Assembly: GCF_001194135.2 (NCBI RefSeq)
Contig: NC_069002.1
Coordinates: 6,442,013 to 6,477,595 of the forward strand
Length of the DNA stretch: 35,583 bases
Source: Octopus bimaculoides
Taxonomy: Eukaryota
Direction: 5' to 3'
A program made the position numbers and the translations under genes. Shown here piece by piece: positions 30,213-35,583 of the stretch; the stretch's first letter is position 1; every line of letters starts with the position of its first letter. The notes under the pieces were generated by a model, which saw nothing but the letters and a program-made list of their open reading frames with translations, was not told where the DNA came from and searched no databases.

Positions 30213-30479
30213 TTTCATAAAATGATTAAAATTTTACTTTCCTAAGATCTGGGCCTGAGAGAAAAATTTCATAAACAGGTTTGATATTAGCATACCGAAA
30301 TTACCAAGAAAGAAATTTTTTTTTTTTTTTTTNNNNNNNNNNAAATTTTTTTTTTTTTTTTTTTTTGCCCGGTGTTATTGTCACACATAAATGAACGAGG
30401 AGCAAAATCTGCAATTAACTCATTCACACTCACACGCACATTAACAGACATTCATTCGCTCACATTAACCACTTCATCT

Positions 30480-30930
30480 AACAATTGCTAACACACACAC
30501 ACACACACATTCACTAAAACACATTGCTAAAACTCACATACATGCACACACACATACACACATCTACCACAATATTACTAAAACTCACACACACACACTC
30601 ACACATTCACCACACCCTTGCTTACATATACACATTCACGCCATTTCTAAGACATACATACACACACATTCACTATACCATTAAAACTCATGCACACACA
30701 TACACACACACATTCACGCCATTTCTAAGACACACACACACACACACACATTCGCTATGCCATTGCTAAAACTCACATACACACACACACACACATCCAC
30801 CGCATCATTGCTTACATGCGCACCCACACAGAGTACACCATTGCTAAAGTACACAAACACACATTTACAGCACAAACATCGAACGCACTAATGCTAAAAT
30901 GCACACACACACACACCAATACTAAAATTT
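30480..30930. repeat. Compound (CA)n tract punctuated by TTGCTAAAA/TTTCTAAGA-like motifs
   Basis: About 10 variants of cattgctaaaac between CA runs. Confidence 0.8.
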
Positions 30931-31129
30931 ATCTTTCATGCATTTCGCTTTTAAAAAAATAATGTCTTTGCTCCATTTGTTTCCCATTGCTGTGATGTGG
31001 TAGAATACGAACCTTCATACAACCTCTCTCTCTCTCTCTCTTTTTCTCACTTCCGTAGTGCCTTCTTTAAATCTCATTTGTCTGCTGCTAGTTCTTCTAT
31101 TTTGCCAACCAGTTCCACAGTGTCTGTTG

Positions 31130-31720
31130 TAGTTGCTTGCCATGCTAGAGATAGCAACCAAACCCGAACTCCTTCAAATCTCTCCTCGTACGACTGTTTT
31201 GAAAAAAAAAAAAATTATGAAAAAAAAAAGAAGAAAGAAAAATTAAACGAAGAACATCTTAGACATTCTAGTCCTAGATATATATACATACACACACACA
31301 CAAACACACCAACAGATGAGAAAGTCATGGTTAGAATGCCTTTGGATCAAGTCTGCCCATTGAGAGCAGACCTGGGGTTAAATGACAACAAACAAACAAA
31401 CATGCAAACAACTTCTGGAGTTTGTGATGGGAGCTCATACATGGTCATTTAACTTGCTAGAAATAGCAACCAGACCAAATCTTTTTCAAATCACACTCCA
31501 CCTTTTCTTGTAACAAACAAACAAAACAAAAAAATATTAAAAAATAGAAGGATGATTGACACATTGGGTCCTGTAGTCCAAGATACACATATACACTATA
31601 TCTGGGGGTTGGAAGAAAATGAAGGGATTGTTTTATGGTTAAAGTAATTTATTTTTTCTTGGGTTTGATCGTAGGTCTGCTTGGTGTGCGGACTGTCCTA
31701 GGGTTAAACAACAAAAATAA
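31130..31720 (+). mobile_element. Two tandem decayed copies of an old SINE-like tail (about 31130-31400 and 31445-31720)
   Basis: Both show tgctaga.atagcaacca..caaatc..gtcc.agata...tttg(g)atc...gtctgc..gg(g)ttaaa.aacaa. Confidence 0.55.
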
Positions 31721-32780
31721 CACTTAGATTCATGTACCAAATTAGTGTTGTTTTTGAATATTTTTTATATTATTTTTACACTGCTTTAGTTTTTTTTTTT
31801 TTAAGAATGTTGAGATGATGTGGGTAGTTATAAAAAAAAAAAAAAGAGAAAATAAGTGGAAAAGAAAAATTAAAAGAGTTCAAAAATGAACTTTTTTTTG
31901 TTAAAAAATAGGACAAAACATAAAAAAATTAATTTATATATTTTTTTTCAAACTATTTCAGAATTTCCTGACCTCATTTTATTTGACAGCCGAAACAGTT
32001 TTTATCCATATCTTCTCTCTTAAAATTTCCATTTACAATGGCAGGCAAGCTAGCTGAATCATTAGTATGTTAGGCATTTTGTCTGTCTTAAATTCTGAGT
32101 TCAAATTCCGCTGAATCTGAATTTCAATTTCTGAATTTGTGTTCCAAACATCAGATTAATAGCAACAAAGTTAGTTCAAAGGCTTCTTTTATAGTTTTCA
32201 AAATTAATTTGGAAACAAAGGCAGTGTAATTTCAACAGAAATTTAATTACAAAAATGGATTATTAAACAGATGGAGAAAAAAACAAAAAAAGCAACAGCA
32301 ACAACAACACGAAACAAAATAAATTATTTCTCAGGAAGAAAGTAATTAAGGTGTTTCCAAAGGTGAACTACAATCAGTCAAGCATTAAAGTTAATAAGTA
32401 AATCAATAAAATAGACGTGTGAGTGAAAGCAGGTGCTTTTTCTCAGCTTGTGTTTGTAAGAAGTCTTCAAATTTATTTATATTAGCTACCTGAGGGATGT
32501 CTGCTGGTCCCAATTTTGTTGAATATATAATATACAATGATGATTATAAATATTTATATATATATATTTACATTGTATTATTTAATATCATCTGGGTGAT
32601 AAGCTTATAGTGTACTTTACAAAGCTCCTCCACGGGTATCAGTTACCATATGTTACCATACAGCAGGGATTCTCCTTCTACTAGATACACATATGGAAAT
32701 CTGTTAATATCCACAGAATTCATTAAAAAAAAAATTATTGTAGTGATTTGGATTAAAGCCTGTTTATTCAATCTTGCATT

Positions 32781-32817
<37 letters not shown>

Positions 32818-32935
32818 AGCATATATAATACATATATAGTAAATATATATTATGCATGTGTATGAATATATATATTATATATATGTATGTGTGTGTAATA
32901 TGCATTTATGATGTAGTGTGCGTGTGTGTATGTAT

Positions 32936-33280
32936 GTGGAGGCGCAATGGCCCAGTGGTTACGGCAGTGAACTTGCGGTTTCGATTCCCAGACCAGGCGT
33001 TGTGAGTGTTTATTGAGCGAAAACACCTAAAGCTCCAGGGTGGGTGGGTGGCAAACCCTGCTGTACTCTTTCACCACAACTTTTCCTCACTCTTTCTTCC
33101 TGTTTCTGTTGTGCCTGTAATTCAAAGGGTCAGCCTTGTCACACTGAATATCCCCGAGAACTGCGTTAAGGGTACACGTGTCTGTGGAGTGCTCAGCCAC
33201 TTGCACGTTAATTTCACGAGCAGGCTGTTTCGTTGATCGGATCAACTGGAACCCTCGTCGTCGTAACCGACAGAGTGCCA
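32936..33280 (+). mobile_element. tRNA-derived SINE family D, near full length with short internal deletions
   Basis: A box TGGCCCAGTGG, B box GGTTTCGATTCC; matches the reverse complement of 22985-23289. Confidence 0.9.
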
Positions 33281-33284
33281 CGAC

Positions 33285-33330
<46 letters not shown>

Positions 33331-33672
33331 ATATACATACATGCATATATTACAATATATAATGACTATTTCAACTCAGAAGAATAAAAACATTGCTTTG
33401 TGTTTGTCATACCGCCTGCTTACCAAATTCTGTTACGCTTGTGTTCATCTCATCCTAATTCGGTCATCCCCATCGCATGATTAAAGAACTACCACTTCAA
33501 GACATTAACGAATTGGTTTATAATGACCTTGGCCTGATCTGACCCTTTACTCCCATTACTAATAGTTCCTTGCCATGTCCTTAATCTAGAGTCATGTTTA
33601 CTCCAGCACTTATGAGATTCATTTGTACATGCGTGTGTGTTTGTGTAGATATGTATATAATGTGTATACATA

Positions 33673-33722
<50 letters not shown>

Positions 33723-34081
33723 CATACATATATAAGTATTCTTATATATGCATGCTGATGATGTATTAGTGTGTAATTCATACAAATGTATATGTACATA
33801 TATGTGTGTGTATATGTATTATGTATAACTATTTATATATATGTGTGAATTATGTTTATAAGTATATATATTGTTTACCTAAAATATGTAATTTTTTAAT
33901 AATTTGTACATGTGTAAAAGATGGATCTGTTTACCATGAGATACCGATATATGTACCTACATGACTTGGTTGTAGAACAAATATGGCATACATTTCCATA
34001 GCGACATCATTTTATATGAATGGAAAAATCATAATATATATATGGTCGGAAATGAACAAATGTAATTAGGTTACCCTCTAG

Positions 34082-34621
34082 CAGTGTTTTTCAACCATTT
34101 TTTGTTTAATCTATGGATCTCTTTTATTACTATTTTATTCTGGTGGACTCACATTACCATTTGATATTTAGAAACATCTTTCAAAATTCCTATCTTGTTA
34201 TTTGCACATTAATCCTTTCGTTACCAAACCGGCTGAAACCAGCTCTGGCTCTGAGTACAAATGTCTTGTTATCATAAGTTCTCAATTAAAATCTTCCACC
34301 AAACCTTAGTCACAATTTATGTTCCTAACACTAGCTGAATGATGACTAAGTTATTTTACTAAATTCTTTGTTATATTTAAAGTAATTGAAAGAAACACAG
34401 AGCATCTCAAAATAAATACAGTAACGAAAGGGTTAACTTGTATAGATTGAACTATGTAAAATGTTAGAGAAAGAAACCTAGCTGTTTCTTGTGATAAATA
34501 CATCTAAAACAAAAAATTTTTCATTGATTGGACCCTCAAAATACTACCATGGATCTTCAATTTATTATTTTACTTACATGGACCCCCAGGGGTCATAAAA
34601 GATCTCAGTTGAGAACCGTTA
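34082..34621. mobile_element. hAT-family MITE with 8-bp TSD, carrying a nested TTAA MITE
   Basis: CAGTGTTTTTCAACC ... AGTTGAGAACCGTTA; flanks CCCTCTAG and CCCTATAG (7/8). Confidence 0.75.
34213..34432 (+). mobile_element. piggyBac-like MITE (family E), complete, 220 bp
   Basis: TTAA|TCCTTTCGTTAC ... GTAACGAAAGGG|TTAA; TIR 11/12; TTAA on both sides. Confidence 0.92.
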
Positions 34622-35539
34622 CCCTATAGAATTATATTACTTTTTTGACTATAAACTCAAAATTCTAAATGAATGGATATAAATATGGAAAGAAAAGTGT
34701 TGAAATATGAGTGTATTTGGATGTTTTAGTAAAAGTGCATGAAAAGATACACATTCGTTAGATAGATAGATGTGTGTGTATTGTATATATGTGTGTATGT
34801 ACAAAGGTGCGTACAGGTAAATCTTGATTTAATAACCTCTCTTAATGATTTGTGAAGCAACTGTGATGAAGCCAAGCAACAACAATGCTACACAGCTAAA
34901 ATGAAGTCTGTTAGCAGACAGGTTTCGGTCTCCCACATTACTGAGGAACTGACTATATGGTACTGGTTTCTTTTGAAGTGGAATGGTAACAAACACAAGA
35001 GACTAGTAATCATTCTTTTAGGACATCATTATCTTACAATGTTTATTTTCCTAAAAGTGGAGACAAGTCTGTGGTTAATATTGGTGTGAAAAAGGGATTT
35101 CTTTATTTAAAAAACATTTTTATTTCCATTTATTCATTTTTGGCATTTTTTCTCATTTGTACCTCTTTATTTCTGTTGTTCTTTTTTGTCAATGGAATGC
35201 TAAAAATGGCATAGAGGTGAGGGTATAAAACAAAGACACTAAGAGTGATCTGGCAGTGCTTTGGACTCTACTCACCTGAAGACGTGTATGTATACAACTA
35301 TTGTTGGGTTATATTAATGCAGTAACGTGCATAATGTATGTAACTTTCAGTAATTACCAATTGATACAGATGTGCCGAAACAATTGTAGAGAATTGTTAT
35401 AAAGCTTTTACATAAGTATGATTGTATGTGTATATACACATATATATATATGTTTATATTTTCTTTGCACGTATATATATATTTATATATATATATAAAT
35501 TTGTGTGCCTAGCTTGAAATGATTATTGAGTAATAAATA

Positions 35540-35583
<44 letters not shown>

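Noticed and set aside
22985-33280. tRNA-like sequences at SINE heads (also 1370-1423)
   Set aside because: A/B boxes are followed by SINE bodies; no complete cloverleaf or terminator, so they are not tRNA genes.

Overview
AT-rich, microsatellite- and SINE-laden eukaryotic genomic DNA with assembly gaps. The repeat repertoire looks like an octopod cephalopod (Octopus sp.); this is recognition from memory, not a database hit. The window holds one complete protein-coding gene on the + strand, which I assembled by hand. It has 11 coding exons (9951-29722), all GT-AG introns with matching phases, and a 1467-nt CDS giving a 488-aa SLC7 L-type amino-acid transporter light chain (LAT1/LAT2-like). The heavy-chain-linking Cys is conserved. 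The rest is mostly mobile-element debris: at least three tRNA-derived SINE families, RTE-clade LINE 3' remnants, piggyBac-like TTAA MITEs, hAT MITEs and a foldback element. Nearly all other ORFs in the track are microsatellite or repeat artefacts. I cannot support a new multi-gene system here. The best second-look items are an apparent extra intron relative to vertebrate LAT1 that hosts a ~130-bp-arm foldback hairpin, several other intronic inverted repeats (candidate ADAR substrates), tandemised MITE arrays, a head-to-tail SINE chain filling intron 10, one strong-context uORF, and a stop codon overlapping AATAAA. All coordinates were counted by eye; repeat boundaries are approximate.
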